Positions 19,572 through 30,527 of a stretch of DNA of 64,000 nt are shown here, in pieces. Under the pieces are notes generated by a model. That model had not been told where the DNA came from, made no database searches, and saw only the letters and a program-made list of their open reading frames with translations. The DNA is from Methanoregula sp. (lineage in GTDB: Archaea > Halobacteriota > Methanomicrobia > Methanomicrobiales > Methanospirillaceae): the NCBI GenBank assembly GCA_039698055.1, contig JBDKTL010000027.1:32001-96000 (forward strand), written 5' to 3'. Positions within the stretch are counted from its first letter, which is position 1; the number at the start of each line of letters is the position of its first letter. A program made the position numbers and the translations under genes.

Positions 19572-20306
19572 ATGGCAGGAAACATTTCAGATCTGATGGG
19601 GGGCGAGGACCGGCAGATTATCTCAACAGGCAATAACGAGCTTGACAAGAAGATCGCCGATGGCCTGCCGATTGGCTCCCTCACCCTCATCGAAGGGGAA
19701 AACGATACCGGAAAAAGTGTCCTCACCCAGCAGATTATCTGGGGCGCAATGAAACAGGGACTTTCGGTGGACCTGTTCACCACCGAGAACACGAGCAAGA
19801 GTTTTATCAAACAGATGGAGTCCATGAGCCTTGACATATCCGAATATTTTGCATGGGGATACCTCAAAATTTTTCCTCTTCACGTCGTTGGATTTGAATG
19901 GAAAAAAGAAGAAATGGAAGGCATCCTCTTTCGGCTGATCCAGCATATCCAGAACAGCAAATCACAGGTAGTTATTGTCGATTCGCTCACCTTGTTTACC
20001 GAATATGCCCAGACCGATACCATCCTTACCTTCTTTACCAACTGCAAATCCATTGTCGATCACGGAAAGACCGTTCTTGTCACGCTTCACACCTATGCAT
20101 TTGAGGAAGACACCTTGGTAAGGATACGCTCCATCTGCGATGCCCACCTGAATATGAAAAAGGCACTCGTGGGGGACAAATATGTCATGGTCATGGAAGT
20201 GATAAAAGTCCGGGGCGCACGAAAAACAACCGGAAACCTTGTCAGTTTTGAAGTCCATCCCGGATATGGCATGAAGATCATCCCCATGAGTTTTGCGAGG
20301 ATATGA
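19572..20306 (+). CDS. flaH: Archaellum RecA/KaiC-like ATP-binding protein FlaH/ArlH
   Basis: GENDTGKS Walker A, VIVDSLT, RIRSICDAH. Confidence 0.95.
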   Translation: MAGNISDLMGGEDRQIISTGNNELDKKIADGLPIGSLTLIEGENDTGKSVLTQQIIWGAMKQGLSVDLFTTENTSKSFIKQMESMSLDISEYFAWGYLKIFPLHVVGFEWKKEEMEGILFRLIQHIQNSKSQVVIVDSLTLFTEYAQTDTILTFFTNCKSIVDHGKTVLVTLHTYAFEEDTLVRIRSICDAHLNMKKALVGDKYVMVMEVIKVRGARKTTGNLVSFEVHPGYGMKIIPMSFARI

Positions 20307-20307
20307 T

Positions 20308-22170
20308 ATGGGCTCCCTGTCGGTAGAAGTCAACCTTCCCTTTAAACCCGAACCTATCGACAACGATGTCGATTTTTACAACGATATCGAATCCAGCGCA
20401 CTGTACAAGATGCTCCCGGCAAATGCCAAGGAATATGTCAAAGCAAGCCCGCACCTCCTCGAATACCTTCATATATTCCCGGTAAATACCTACGGTATCC
20501 CGTTGTTCCTGTCAGAACTCAAAAAAGATCTCCGGACCCTTGAAGCCCCCAACCTGATCTATCCGGTCAATGATACGACGTTTGTTCACATCCTGCCGGA
20601 TCCGGACGATGTAAGAAATTACTATATCCCGATTGAACCTTCGTTCCTCCATAGCGTCAGCTCGCTTTTGCCTGCCATCGAGACCAAACTCATCGACCTG
20701 ATTGACGGGCTGGAAACCGATCCTACGACCGACAAGGAGCGTGCAGATGTCATCAAGAACATGCTGGCATCCGTCGCGGTCATCAAACCGGCAAATGTGG
20801 ATATCGCAACGCTGACAAAATCACAGGATCAGGGTTCAAAGTCAAAACTGGTCACGTTCCTGAATACAGATTTTACCGCGCAAAAGAAGATGAAAGGCGC
20901 CAAAAAAAGCAAAAATGTCCCCATAACGCCGGATGGCAAGATCATTCTCACCAACGTTGAGTACCGGGCAATCGAGTACCTGCTCGTCCGGGACAAAATC
21001 GATATGGGGGTGCTCAAACCCTTCCTTTCCGATCCCTACATCGAAGATATCTCCTGTGATGGTGTCGGCCCGATCTTTATCGAGCACAAGATTTTCAAAG
21101 GCTTAAAATCGGTCATTGAATTCAAGGTTTCAAGCGAACTCGACGAGTTTGTCATCAAAGTCGCAGAACGGATCAAGCGCCCCATCACGTACCGCAGCCC
21201 GCTTGTCGATGCCACGCTCCCGGATGGTTCGCGTATCAACATCGTGTACGGAACTGACATCAGCAGGCACGGGAGCAACTTTACGATCCGTAAAGTGAAT
21301 GAAATCCCGCTTTCGATTCTCAATATCATTGAAAGCAATGGCCTGGATTACATTGCGGCAGCGTACCTCTGGATCTGTGTCGAATACGGGATGTCGCTGT
21401 TTGTCAGCGGGGAAACTGCCAGCGGCAAGACAACCCTGCTGAATGCAATTACCACGTTCATCCCCCCCGAGAACAAGATCGTGACTATCGAAGATACTCC
21501 TGAACTCAATGTCCCGCACCGGAACTGGATCCGCGAAGTGGCGCTTGCAAAAGGCAAGGGCGAGGGGACCGGCAGCGGCGGGGAAGTCACGATGTTTGAC
21601 CTGTTAAAGGCCGCACTCCGCCAGCGCCCCAACCAGATCCTTGTCGGTGAAATACGGGGGGTGGAAGGAAGCGTCGCATTCGGCGCCATGCAGACGGGTC
21701 ACCCGGTCATGAGCACGTTCCACGCCGCATCGGTCGAAAAACTGATCCAGCGCCTGTGCGGGGACCCGATCAATATCCCGAAAACCTATGTCGATAACCT
21801 CAATCTCGTGATCATCCAGAGCGCTGTGAAACGCCCGGATGGGCAGACGGTCCGGAGAATGATCAGTGTGAATGAACTTGTCGGGTATAATGCAGAAACC
21901 GGCGGTTTTACCTTTGTCCAGATGTTTACCTGGGAACCTGTCACCGATACGTTCATCTGGACTGGCAAGGGCAGTTCGTTCCTGTTGGAGAACAAAATTG
22001 CAACCATGCTCGGTATACCTGACAGCAGGAAAGCTGAGATCTATAATGAAGTGGAGAAACGGGCAAAAATCCTCGAACGGTTACATAAAGCAGGGTACGT
22101 CAAATTCTGGGATCTTTTCCATATGATGACCAAGATCAAGAAGCAGGGTCTCCTGACCATCGGTTCCTGA
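20308..22170 (+). CDS. flaI: Archaellum motor ATPase FlaI/ArlI
   Basis: GETASGKT, TIEDTPEL, ALRQRPNQILVGEIRG, MQTGH. Confidence 0.96.
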   Translation: MGSLSVEVNLPFKPEPIDNDVDFYNDIESSALYKMLPANAKEYVKASPHLLEYLHIFPVNTYGIPLFLSELKKDLRTLEAPNLIYPVNDTTFVHILPDPDDVRNYYIPIEPSFLHSVSSLLPAIETKLIDLIDGLETDPTTDKERADVIKNMLASVAVIKPANVDIATLTKSQDQGSKSKLVTFLNTDFTAQKKMKGAKKSKNVPITPDGKIILTNVEYRAIEYLLVRDKIDMGVLKPFLSDPYIEDISCDGVGPIFIEHKIFKGLKSVIEFKVSSELDEFVIKVAERIKRPITYRSPLVDATLPDGSRINIVYGTDISRHGSNFTIRKVNEIPLSILNIIESNGLDYIAAAYLWICVEYGMSLFVSGETASGKTTLLNAITTFIPPENKIVTIEDTPELNVPHRNWIREVALAKGKGEGTGSGGEVTMFDLLKAALRQRPNQILVGEIRGVEGSVAFGAMQTGHPVMSTFHAASVEKLIQRLCGDPINIPKTYVDNLNLVIIQSAVKRPDGQTVRRMISVNELVGYNAETGGFTFVQMFTWEPVTDTFIWTGKGSSFLLENKIATMLGIPDSRKAEIYNEVEKRAKILERLHKAGYVKFWDLFHMMTKIKKQGLLTIGS

Positions 22171-22171
22171 T

Positions 22172-23803
22172 ATGCCAGATCCAAAAGAGGAGACCGGAAA
22201 CGCTCCTGAAGGCAGGAAACTGCCATTTGCCTCGACTATTGAGAACCTTAAGGTCAGGTTGGCGCAGGTGACCGAAGATAAAAAGATGGGGGCCGATCTC
22301 CTCTTCCTGACCACGTACATGGCCTCTCTGGCCATCGCAAATGCCACCCGGCCGGAGATTTTTTCACTGGCATCAAAACGCAAGGAATACATTTCCGTCA
22401 GGTACATCACCAAGGTTGACACCTTTGTCAAAAAATGGAATTTCAGCTATGCCGAGGCACTCAGCATCGTCGCTGAGCGGACGAACAACGAGATCTTGAA
22501 AAGCATGCTGAACCGGTACTCGAACTCGATAGATTCCGGTGTGCCCGATGATGATTTTTTAAAAAATGAACTCGCCACCGTCCGGAGTGTCTACCGGAGC
22601 CAGCTGGAGCAGGGAATGGTCATGCTCCAGAAATGGGGCGATGCATATGTTGCAATGCTCCTGTCAGGAACGGTGATTGCCGTCATTATCATGGTCTCTG
22701 TCGTGATCTATTCTCCTGGAGATCTCCAGTCTACCCTGAACATGTCCTATGCGATCATCCTTGCAATCTGCATATTCGGGATCATGCTGATGTATACCTC
22801 AGTTCCCGACGATCCAAAAAGCCATGGCCTGACCGATCGCTGCTCAAAAGAACAGGAAACCATCCATGCAATGGAACGCATTATCGTTCCCATTTGTATC
22901 CTTGCGATTTTTCTTCTGGCAGTGCTGGGCATTTCTGCGGGCCTGATCTATGTACTCGTGGGCATTCTCCTTGCACCGTTGGGGATTATCGGGTTCATTG
23001 ACGATCATAACATCACGTTGCGGGACAACGATTTCTCAGTTTTCATCAGGAGCCTGGGTGCCGTGATGGGGGGGCAGGGCGCCACAGCGGTGCGGGCTCT
23101 GGGGACGATTGACCGCAAATCCCTGACCGCCCTTGAACCCCTTGTCAATTCTGTCTTTTCAAAAATGAATCTCGGGCTTGATGAAAAACAGACATGGAAC
23201 AAATTTATCGGTGAATCTGGATCGAATCTCATCTACAAGTACCTCAATATTTATCTTGACACCGTTGCGCTGGGAGGTCCACCCGAGCCTATCGGGACTG
23301 TGGTTGGATCATCCATGCTCGAACAGACACTTTTGCGGGAGAAAAAGGATATGCACGCAAAAAGTTTCATCGTGCTCCTTGTTCCGATGCATGTCGCAAT
23401 GATCGGCCTTTTTGTCGTACTGTACCGGATCCTCCTCGTCCTGACCACATCGGTTACAACGATGATGAACCATTTTGCTGATATGTCTGCGGCCTCAGGA
23501 GGGCAGTCTGCCGGCGTATCGGTAGGGTCCGTACTTGGGGGGGGAATGGGGATGTTTACGAATTTTCCCGAAGCTGCGATGTACACCTACGTCGTGATAA
23601 CGGTAACAATCCTGACGGTGTCCAATACCATCGCTGCCCGGCTTGTTGGGGGAGGGGATCGGTATATGTATTATTTCTATGGTTCAATATTCTGTATATT
23701 GACCGGTATAGTACTGCTGGTGACACCTTCCGTGGTGAACCTGTTCTTCAATCCGGAAGCGCTTATGAGCGGGGTTGGCAGTGCAGTAACCGGAGGTGTA
23801 TGA
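22172..23803 (+). CDS. flaJ: Archaellum membrane platform protein FlaJ/ArlJ
   Basis: Polytopic membrane protein directly after flaI; DLLFLTTYMASL motif. Confidence 0.93.
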   Translation: MPDPKEETGNAPEGRKLPFASTIENLKVRLAQVTEDKKMGADLLFLTTYMASLAIANATRPEIFSLASKRKEYISVRYITKVDTFVKKWNFSYAEALSIVAERTNNEILKSMLNRYSNSIDSGVPDDDFLKNELATVRSVYRSQLEQGMVMLQKWGDAYVAMLLSGTVIAVIIMVSVVIYSPGDLQSTLNMSYAIILAICIFGIMLMYTSVPDDPKSHGLTDRCSKEQETIHAMERIIVPICILAIFLLAVLGISAGLIYVLVGILLAPLGIIGFIDDHNITLRDNDFSVFIRSLGAVMGGQGATAVRALGTIDRKSLTALEPLVNSVFSKMNLGLDEKQTWNKFIGESGSNLIYKYLNIYLDTVALGGPPEPIGTVVGSSMLEQTLLREKKDMHAKSFIVLLVPMHVAMIGLFVVLYRILLVLTTSVTTMMNHFADMSAASGGQSAGVSVGSVLGGGMGMFTNFPEAAMYTYVVITVTILTVSNTIAARLVGGGDRYMYYFYGSIFCILTGIVLLVTPSVVNLFFNPEALMSGVGSAVTGGV

Positions 23804-23804
23804 A

Positions 23805-25082
23805 ATGAAGGAAAATATCCGGCGGGTTATTCTTTTCATCATCATAGTTGCAACCGGTTCAGTTATGACCCTTGCAGATATCCCGGTAATTTTCATGGTG
23901 CCGCTGGTTATTGTTGTCGGGTTTATCCTGCTCGTCCTGCTTGGTGCAATCACCAAAGACGAGATCCGGGCAGGTCTTGCCAAACTGAAACCGGAGAACA
24001 TCAAAAAAATATCCGTTATCCAGAAACTGGATTCCATCAAATTTTTTGAAAAAAAATCAAAAAAACCTTCCGCACCAGCACCGGTAAAAGAGGCTCCGAA
24101 AAAACCGGAAAAAAAACTGGTGAAAAAACCAGAAAAATCAACAGGAATCCGGCAGCACCTGCAATCACTGTTATCTTCTGTAAAAACACTGGGAACGATC
24201 CTCAAAGAGCGCGGCAAGAGCACCAGAAAAGTCGAAGACATCGACAAGATGCTGGATAAAACGATCACGGAAAAAGTTAAAAGTTCCGCTCTTGCCGATG
24301 CCGGTGCAATGGCAGGGTCACCGGATAATGCCCGGGGAGGTGCAGGGGGTGCCCGGCAATCAGAAAAAGAAACCGACCCGTTCCTCTCTTTATCCGGAGA
24401 CGAATTTGAAACAGGACTGCTGGATTCGCTGGATGATTTGGATCTGGACACACCGGCACCAGCTGGTGCATCCCCCCTTCAGGAACTACCTGCGCCTGCG
24501 GACGGATCGGACGTTTCTAACATTATGATGAGCGATATGGACCTGCCGCCTCTTCCTGACGATCTCCCTTCAGATGCAGAAGACATTCTTAAAAGCCATG
24601 CGGAAGGTGGTGAACTGGAAGCGTTCAGTATGCCGGAAGGCGCCGATTCGATTGATGACGATTTTGGGGATCTGGAAAATATCAACATTGACGATGTTGA
24701 TCTGGGTAACGAAGAGATCGATGAAACCCCTGCGGACATCCCCGAATCCTCTGCTCCTGCCGGGCCGGCTTCAATACTTGTCCAGAACCAGGGCATGAAT
24801 TTTTCCGGGTCAGCAGGTGGAAAGGCCGGCAGTGCAGATCTGGCGGTCGATCAACATGAGATGGCGTCCTTTGCCGCGAGCTCAACCGGCGATGATGACC
24901 TGTTAAGTTCGCTCGCGAGCGAGATAAAGACGGTAAAAATCGAGAAAAACATAAGCCTGCTCCGGGATCTCAAAGATTTCAAGGCGCCGGCCTCAGATAT
25001 TGAAAATGAGCTCCAGGCCATGTCCGATAAACTCATCGACATCAAGAAAAAAATTAATCCGGGCATACCCGAAGAACCATGA
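23805..25082 (+). CDS. Membrane-anchored hypothetical protein with a long acidic low-complexity tail
   Basis: Two N-terminal TMs, a Lys-rich then Asp/Glu-rich region; GGAGGTG RBS. Confidence 0.8.
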   Translation: MKENIRRVILFIIIVATGSVMTLADIPVIFMVPLVIVVGFILLVLLGAITKDEIRAGLAKLKPENIKKISVIQKLDSIKFFEKKSKKPSAPAPVKEAPKKPEKKLVKKPEKSTGIRQHLQSLLSSVKTLGTILKERGKSTRKVEDIDKMLDKTITEKVKSSALADAGAMAGSPDNARGGAGGARQSEKETDPFLSLSGDEFETGLLDSLDDLDLDTPAPAGASPLQELPAPADGSDVSNIMMSDMDLPPLPDDLPSDAEDILKSHAEGGELEAFSMPEGADSIDDDFGDLENINIDDVDLGNEEIDETPADIPESSAPAGPASILVQNQGMNFSGSAGGKAGSADLAVDQHEMASFAASSTGDDDLLSSLASEIKTVKIEKNISLLRDLKDFKAPASDIENELQAMSDKLIDIKKKINPGIPEEP

Positions 25083-25158
25083 AATGAAATAACCCCAATG
25101 AGCATATATCATTAAGAATATAACGGCAACCACCCGGCTCAAAAAAAAAAGAGGATAC

Positions 25159-25968
25159 ATGAAAGAAGTACCTGCCAAAGTCGAACATAATAAGGAATGG
25201 ATCGTCGTAAAAATCGGTGTCGATGAAGAGCACCTGGTACTTCCTGCGCCGATAAACCGTGAGATCACCTACAAATCAATTATCGATCTTGAGGAAAGAA
25301 AAATGGCGCTCACCATTACCATAAAAGGTGAGCAGGAACTGATCGTACGTATTGCATCGGTTGAAAAGGTGCTCCAGGTCATCAAACGATTAATCCTTGG
25401 CAGCTGCAATGCCTACCGGCTCATGGCATATTTCATGTCGCCGGCTATCCGTGGCGGGGTGATGGTCAATACCGCCCAATGGGAAAAGGGCAGCATTGTG
25501 GTTGTCCGGTCCGGTATCTGGTTTGTGAGTGCTGCAAAACAGATTTGCATCCCCTTGTCAGATGTATCGGCAATCGAGCTGACGAAACGTGATGTGCAGG
25601 GTAAACCCACCGATGTCATCAAGATCGATCATGTGGAATCCGGTGAAGTGGTGTCAAGCCTTGTCCTCTGCCCGCTTTCTACGCTTCAGATCCTCAACAA
25701 TTTCCTCAAAGATGCGACAAAAGGCATCGATATGAACGGCACGGAACTGGATGGCATCTCCCAGCAGGTGGCGATGCTCATCTATTCCGGCATGGACTCC
25801 CATGCGATCGAAAACATGCTCAATATCCCCCACAAACAACTGGATGAAATATATGACAAGATATTGAATCTGGGTCTTGCAGATGTGGTCACCATCCGGC
25901 GCGAGGTACAATTGACCACAAAAGGCGTTCGGTACATCACTGATGCCACAAAAACACAAACGAACTGA
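25159..25968 (+). CDS. cheF: Archaeal chemotaxis adaptor CheF
   Basis: FMSPAIRGGVM...QWEKG and RREVQLTTKG motifs; upstream of cheY. Confidence 0.88.
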   Translation: MKEVPAKVEHNKEWIVVKIGVDEEHLVLPAPINREITYKSIIDLEERKMALTITIKGEQELIVRIASVEKVLQVIKRLILGSCNAYRLMAYFMSPAIRGGVMVNTAQWEKGSIVVVRSGIWFVSAAKQICIPLSDVSAIELTKRDVQGKPTDVIKIDHVESGEVVSSLVLCPLSTLQILNNFLKDATKGIDMNGTELDGISQQVAMLIYSGMDSHAIENMLNIPHKQLDEIYDKILNLGLADVVTIRREVQLTTKGVRYITDATKTQTN

Positions 25969-26035
25969 AATTTTTTCTTTTTTCATGTCAATACTGCTTT
26001 ATATCATGATCGACCAATCTCTTGAATGATACATA

Positions 26036-26401
26036 ATGGGTAAGATTCTGATCGTCGATGACACACTTTTTATGAGGACCCTTCTTAAAAATATCCTGTT
26101 TTCCGGCGGGCACACGATAGCCGGTGAGGCGGCAAACGGTGAAGAGGCCATTGCCCGGTACCAGGAATTAAAACCAGACCTGGTGACTATGGATGTTGTC
26201 ATGCCAAAAATGAATGGCATTGATGCCCTCAAAGGAATAAAACAGATTGATCCTGCCGCCAAGGTTATCATGTGCACGGCTGTCGGCCAGGAGCAGATGG
26301 TAAAACTGGCGATAAAAACCGGGGCAAAAGGGTATATCGTAAAACCATTCCAGGCACCAAAAGTCCTTGAAGAAGTTAAAAACGTGCTCGCGGCCTCATA
26401 A
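26036..26401 (+). CDS. cheY: Chemotaxis response regulator CheY
   Basis: ILIVDD, DLVTMDVVMP, KPF. Confidence 0.95.
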   Translation: MGKILIVDDTLFMRTLLKNILFSGGHTIAGEAANGEEAIARYQELKPDLVTMDVVMPKMNGIDALKGIKQIDPAAKVIMCTAVGQEQMVKLAIKTGAKGYIVKPFQAPKVLEEVKNVLAAS

Positions 26402-26402
26402 A

Positions 26403-27449
26403 ATGATCAAAGTTCTCATTATCGATGACTCCGTATTTATGCGGACGGTGATCCGGGATATGCTGCAAAAAGATGTCCTCATTGACATAGTGGGAACGGC
26501 AACAAATGGTATTGAAGCCCTGGAGAAGATCTCCCTTCTTCATCCGGACCTTATTACGCTCGACATCGAGATGCCCCGGATGAATGGCCTTGAAGTGCTC
26601 GAAAGACTCCAGAAAATCAATCCCTGCCCAAAAATCCTGATGCTGAGTTCGCTCACCTCGAAAGGTGCGGAAATGACGATCGAAGCCATCCGGAGGGGAG
26701 CCGATGATTTCATGCTCAAGCCAAAGGATATTCCGCATCTCCGTGAGATTGGCGAAGAACTGGTCGCGAAAATTAAACATATGGTGACGCTCCCGTCCTT
26801 ATCCGCCTCGCGTTCAAGAACGGCGTTATCAACGACCCGTCCGGCAGAAAGGGTCGTTCTCATCGGGTCTTCAGCCGGAGGCCCCCCCATGCTCGATACA
26901 CTCCTTGCCGGACTGCCATCAACGCTCCCGGCAGCGGTCGTTATCACCCAGCATATGCCGCCCGGGTTTACCGCCCCGCTTGCAGCACGGTTCAACCGGA
27001 TCGCACAGATGCCGGTGAAAGAGACAGAGAACGGGGATATCCTGGAAACGGGTAAGATACTTCTTTCAAAAGCGGGAGTCCATACCATGATCAGCGCAGA
27101 TTTGTCCGCAAAAAAAATAAAAACCGGGAAAATCATCCACACAAATTCCCCCCCGGTTCACGGGGTCAGGCCTGCGGTCGATAAAACCTTCGAATCTGCG
27201 GCGAAAGTGTATGGAAATAACTGTATCTGTGTCATTTTAAGCGGCATGGGAAACGATGCCGGGGAAGGGGCGCTTGCCATCAAAAACGCCGGCGGCACCT
27301 GTATTATCTGCGACGATAAGGACTGCCTGGTGTATGGCATGGCGCGATCGGCAATCCAGAAAAATGCAGTCGACCAGGTTCTTCCTTTAAACAAGATTCC
27401 CGCGGCAATTGAACGGCTTGTCCGCCAGATGGAGGCGGCCCGTGTCTGA
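26403..27449 (+). CDS. cheB: Chemotaxis methylesterase CheB
   Basis: Receiver domain plus GSSAGGP, QHMPPGFT, RPAVD, LSGMGNDA. Confidence 0.96.
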   Translation: MIKVLIIDDSVFMRTVIRDMLQKDVLIDIVGTATNGIEALEKISLLHPDLITLDIEMPRMNGLEVLERLQKINPCPKILMLSSLTSKGAEMTIEAIRRGADDFMLKPKDIPHLREIGEELVAKIKHMVTLPSLSASRSRTALSTTRPAERVVLIGSSAGGPPMLDTLLAGLPSTLPAAVVITQHMPPGFTAPLAARFNRIAQMPVKETENGDILETGKILLSKAGVHTMISADLSAKKIKTGKIIHTNSPPVHGVRPAVDKTFESAAKVYGNNCICVILSGMGNDAGEGALAIKNAGGTCIICDDKDCLVYGMARSAIQKNAVDQVLPLNKIPAAIERLVRQMEAARV

Positions 27450-29394
27450 GTTTGAGCAATACCGTGGGCTGTTCGTCGCAGAATCCCGGGAAAACCATGA
27501 AAACCTGGTAAATAATCTTCTCCTGCTTGAACGGGGGAGCGACCAGAACGCGATCGACGAGATCTTCCGGTCGATCCATACCCTCAAAGGGTCTTCGGCG
27601 TCCATGGGGTATTCCGCGATGGAGCGCCTCTGCCACACGATGGAAGATGTATTCCAGCAGATCCGCAGCGGGACTGCAGAGACAACGCCGGACCTTGGGA
27701 ACCTGCTCTTTTCCTGTACTGACGTTATCGAACGGATGCTTGACGATATTGAAGCCGGGGGAGACTCGTCTGCAATAAATCCCGACGACCAGGTTACTTC
27801 CCTGAAAGGCTGGTTGCACCACCCGGACCGTTCACCTGCGCCCGCCGATGCCCCCAAAAAACCGGTACAACCGGCTGGTGCAGAGGAAACACCCCTTTCT
27901 TCCGATGCAAATACAAACCCAAAATATTCCCTGCATATCGTCGCATCCCCGGAGTGTGCAATGAAAGATGTCCGGATAATGATCGCACTCCAGAACCTGC
28001 AGGCTCTTGGTACTATTCTTTCCCAGGAGCCGTCATCGGAGGTTATCGATACCGGGCCGTTTGAGGGCACGGTCGATCTCGTCATCGCCAGTGATGCCGG
28101 CGAAGAAGCCCTGAAGACTGCAGCTTTTGGCACGGAAATTGCGACCGTGGAAATTACACCCGCCGGGCACCAGGAACCGTCGCTTGTTCCTGCACAAATT
28201 GCGCCGGAAAAAATAGTGACGGAACCGGATAAAAAACCGGTGGCAGCCCCGGATAAAACACGGGAGATCAAAAACCTCCGGGTCGATATCCACCAGCTCG
28301 ATCATATCATGAACCTTGTCGAGGACCTGGTCATCAACCGGGGCCGGCTCAAACAGATTGCCGAACAGTACAAAATCCGGGAAATGGATGACGCCATCAA
28401 CATGGTGGAGCGTTCTGTCTCCGATCTCCAGAACCTCATGATGATCATACGGATGATCCCGCTCTCGCACATCTACAACCGGCTTCCCCGGATTGTCCGC
28501 GATGTCGCCCAGTACGATCACAAAGAGGTCGAATTTGTCATGGAAGGGGGGGAGACCGAACTTGATCGGAGTGTCATGGACGGGTTGAACGATCCCCTGC
28601 TCCACCTGCTCAGGAACGCGGTCAATCATGGCATCGAATCCCCCGAAGTCCGCAAAAAAGCCGGTAAGCCAGCCAAAGGACTGGTCAGGCTCTCTGCACA
28701 CCGGGATCGCGACAATGTAATTATTGAACTCACCGATGACGGTGCAGGGATCAATGTAGAAAAGGTCAGGAAAAAAGCTGTCGAAAAAGGTCTGATCACG
28801 CAGGCAGCTGCCGATGCGCTAACACCCGATGAAGCGACCGAACTGCTGTTCGAGCCGGGTTTTTCAACCGCCGATACCGTTACCGACATCTCCGGCAGGG
28901 GTGTTGGTCTCGATGTAGTGAGGCGATCGATTGAAGCGCTCAAAGGGACGATCAAGGTTGAGAGCACGCCGGGCAAAGGAAGCCGGTTTGAGCTGCTGCT
29001 CCCGCCGACCATGGCAATTGTTGACGTGATGATCGTCCGGATCAACAACAAAAGGCTTGGCATTCCCATCAGCAGTATCGTCGAAGTGGCAAATTTTAAA
29101 AAAGACATGGTGCACCATATCGGACAGGGAGAGGCAATTCTTCTCCGGGACGAGGTGCTGCAAATATCATGGTTAAACGAGATGGTAGGACCATCGGATG
29201 CATGTGAGATCCTTATTGTAGTCCAGTACCACAAACGAAAATGCTGTATTCCTGTCGATGCGGTCGAAGGACAGCAGGAAGTTGTCGTAAAACCCCTCAG
29301 CAGTTTTGTCGGCAATGCACGCGGTGTCAGCGGTGTAACCATCCTTGGCGATGGCGATGTGGTGCCGGTACTTGATATCAACACGATGATTTAG
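27442..29394 (+). CDS. cheA: Chemotaxis histidine kinase CheA
   Basis: HPt FRSIHTLKG, HLLRNAVNHGIE, DDGAG, SGRGVGLDVV, C-terminal CheW-like domain. Confidence 0.97.
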   Translation: MSEFEQYRGLFVAESRENHENLVNNLLLLERGSDQNAIDEIFRSIHTLKGSSASMGYSAMERLCHTMEDVFQQIRSGTAETTPDLGNLLFSCTDVIERMLDDIEAGGDSSAINPDDQVTSLKGWLHHPDRSPAPADAPKKPVQPAGAEETPLSSDANTNPKYSLHIVASPECAMKDVRIMIALQNLQALGTILSQEPSSEVIDTGPFEGTVDLVIASDAGEEALKTAAFGTEIATVEITPAGHQEPSLVPAQIAPEKIVTEPDKKPVAAPDKTREIKNLRVDIHQLDHIMNLVEDLVINRGRLKQIAEQYKIREMDDAINMVERSVSDLQNLMMIIRMIPLSHIYNRLPRIVRDVAQYDHKEVEFVMEGGETELDRSVMDGLNDPLLHLLRNAVNHGIESPEVRKKAGKPAKGLVRLSAHRDRDNVIIELTDDGAGINVEKVRKKAVEKGLITQAAADALTPDEATELLFEPGFSTADTVTDISGRGVGLDVVRRSIEALKGTIKVESTPGKGSRFELLLPPTMAIVDVMIVRINNKRLGIPISSIVEVANFKKDMVHHIGQGEAILLRDEVLQISWLNEMVGPSDACEILIVVQYHKRKCCIPVDAVEGQQEVVVKPLSSFVGNARGVSGVTILGDGDVVPVLDINTMI

Positions 29395-29403
29395 GAGAAT
29401 AAC

Positions 29404-30015
29404 ATGAAATTATCAGCAATTCAGACGGATGCAATTCAGGAGCTGGGAAATATCGGAGCGGCACATGCTGCCACCACGCTTTCCCAGATGCTCATGAGCC
29501 CGGTAGAGATGAGTGTCCCGCAAATCAGGATGATCGATATTTCCCAGCTGAGCGATTATATCGGTGAAGAATCGGCCGCCATGGTCGTATTTGAACTCCA
29601 GGGCGAGATCCCGCATGGCGGGTATGTTATATTCTATATTTCACGGGCATCCGCTGTCCGCCTGACAAACACCATGCTCGGCCTTACTGATGAAAACAGG
29701 CCCTTAAACGAGATGGATGAAAGTGCCCTCCTCGAAGTTGGCAACATCATGGTGTCCGCATTCCTGGATGCCACAGCTGAACTTTTAGGATTTATCATGC
29801 TTCCCTCCCCGCCAGCTCTCACCATCGATATGGCACATGCCGCGATGGAATCACTTATTGTCCAGATGGCTGAAGAAGTCGACGAGGTCATGCTTTTTTC
29901 AACAGAACTTATGTGTGCGGAGCACAAACTCGACAGCGATATTATCATGATGCCGGAATCGGGCACGCTGACAAGAATAATCGGGCTTTTAGAAAATATG
30001 ATGAAATCAGGTTGA
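29404..30015 (+). CDS. cheC: CheY-P phosphatase CheC
   Basis: DAIQELGNIG and SALLEVGNI (two ExxN motifs). Confidence 0.94.
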   Translation: MKLSAIQTDAIQELGNIGAAHAATTLSQMLMSPVEMSVPQIRMIDISQLSDYIGEESAAMVVFELQGEIPHGGYVIFYISRASAVRLTNTMLGLTDENRPLNEMDESALLEVGNIMVSAFLDATAELLGFIMLPSPPALTIDMAHAAMESLIVQMAEEVDEVMLFSTELMCAEHKLDSDIIMMPESGTLTRIIGLLENMMKSG

Positions 30016-30035
30016 GAGAACTCAAAAAAAGAACC

Positions 30036-30527
30036 ATGCCCGGACTCCCGCAAAAAAATGATGCCCCCGTGATGATTGGGATTGGCGAATACAAGGTAGG
30101 CTCAACACCTATGATGTCGATTGGCCTTGGTTCGTGTATCGGGCTTACCCTGTACGACGATGAACACCATGTCGGGGCGATGGTGCACATCATGTTGCCG
30201 GACAGCTCGGGAAGACTGGATCGCCCGGGAAAGTATGCCGATACCGCAATTCCCCTGCTGCTGCAGGAACTATCAGCACTCGGCTGTAAAAAACAGAAAA
30301 TTACTGCAAAAATGGTGGGCGGTGCGTGCATGTTCGTGTATTTTGGGAATAACCTCAATATCGGCGAACGCAACAGCCAGCGGATCAAAGAAATCCTCCA
30401 GGAACACCGTATCCGTATCGTAGCAGAGGATATTGGCGGCAAGGTGGGGCGGACGGTTATCTTTAACCCTATGGAAGGTGGCAAAGTAACCGTCAGGAGA
30501 GCCGATGGCGTCTCAACAGAGATTTGA
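30036..30527 (+). CDS. cheD: Chemoreceptor glutamine deamidase CheD
   Basis: GLGSCIG, HIMLP, KYADTA, IGERN, DIGGKVGR. Confidence 0.95.
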   Translation: MPGLPQKNDAPVMIGIGEYKVGSTPMMSIGLGSCIGLTLYDDEHHVGAMVHIMLPDSSGRLDRPGKYADTAIPLLLQELSALGCKKQKITAKMVGGACMFVYFGNNLNIGERNSQRIKEILQEHRIRIVAEDIGGKVGRTVIFNPMEGGKVTVRRADGVSTEI

